DNA of 24,320 nucleotides from an uncultured Atopobiaceae bacterium (GTDB lineage Bacteria > Actinomycetota > Coriobacteriia > Coriobacteriales > Atopobiaceae): positions 3,276 through 27,595 of the forward strand of contig CAJOGH010000007.1 in assembly GCA_905233865.1 (NCBI GenBank), in the 5' to 3' direction. The notes beneath the pieces were generated by a model that searched no databases, was not told the origin of the DNA, and saw only the letters and a list, made by a program, of their open reading frames with translations. Positions 24,263 through 24,320 of this stretch are shown here, in pieces; position 1 is the stretch's first letter; the number at the start of each line of letters is the position of its first letter. Both the position numbers and the translations under genes were made by a program.

Positions 24263-24320
24263 CGTGCACACTGTGCAGGCCCCACAGCCAAATCGCTTGT
24301 ACGGCGTGCACACTGTGCAG
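24263..24320. repeat. Two identical 16-bp direct repeats containing a 13-bp palindrome, period 42 bp (may continue past the window edge)
   Basis: CGTGCACACTGTGCAG at 24263-24278 and 24305-24320. The core is TGCACA-C-TGTGCA. Confidence 0.85.

Noticed and set aside
24263-24320. CRISPR array
   Set aside because: Only two 16-bp copies with a 26-nt spacer are visible and there are no cas genes in the window. Kept as an unclassified repeat.

Overview
High-GC window (roughly 65% by eye) that is almost entirely core genome, with every real gene on the + strand. The long - strand ORFs are codon-bias shadows. Gene order: end of a Lac/Cel-family PTS cluster (IIC partial, IIB, IIA, Ser/Thr-linker lipoprotein, second IIC paralogue), then clpC-disA-ispD-ispF-cysS-rlmB-NYN(YacP/Rae1-like), two small membrane proteins, tRNA-Thr/Tyr/Thr/Met, tuf, rpmG, tRNA-Trp, secE, nusG, rplK, rplA, rplJ, rplL, a C69-family dipeptidase with a +1 frameshift near its 3' end, an LtaS/sulfatase-family membrane protein and a DUF6273-like membrane-anchored protein. 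The Firmicutes-like gene order in a high-GC genome suggests Coriobacteriia (Atopobiaceae/Olsenella-like); this is inference. There is no integrase, transposase, CRISPR array or defence system. The signals not explained by the gene annotation are mostly non-coding: a 12-bp word G[GC]CGA[CTG]AAGAGC (10 copies, 8 intergenic, usually as inverted pairs), a ~285-bp nested palindromic element between rplA and rplJ, a 66-bp dyad-of-dyads at 12364-12606, near-identical terminators after tuf and rplL, and tandem operator-like palindromes at the window end. Protein-level oddities are a DisA without radA and with a degenerate HhH motif, and duplicated PTS IIC genes that differ near the sugar-binding motifs.
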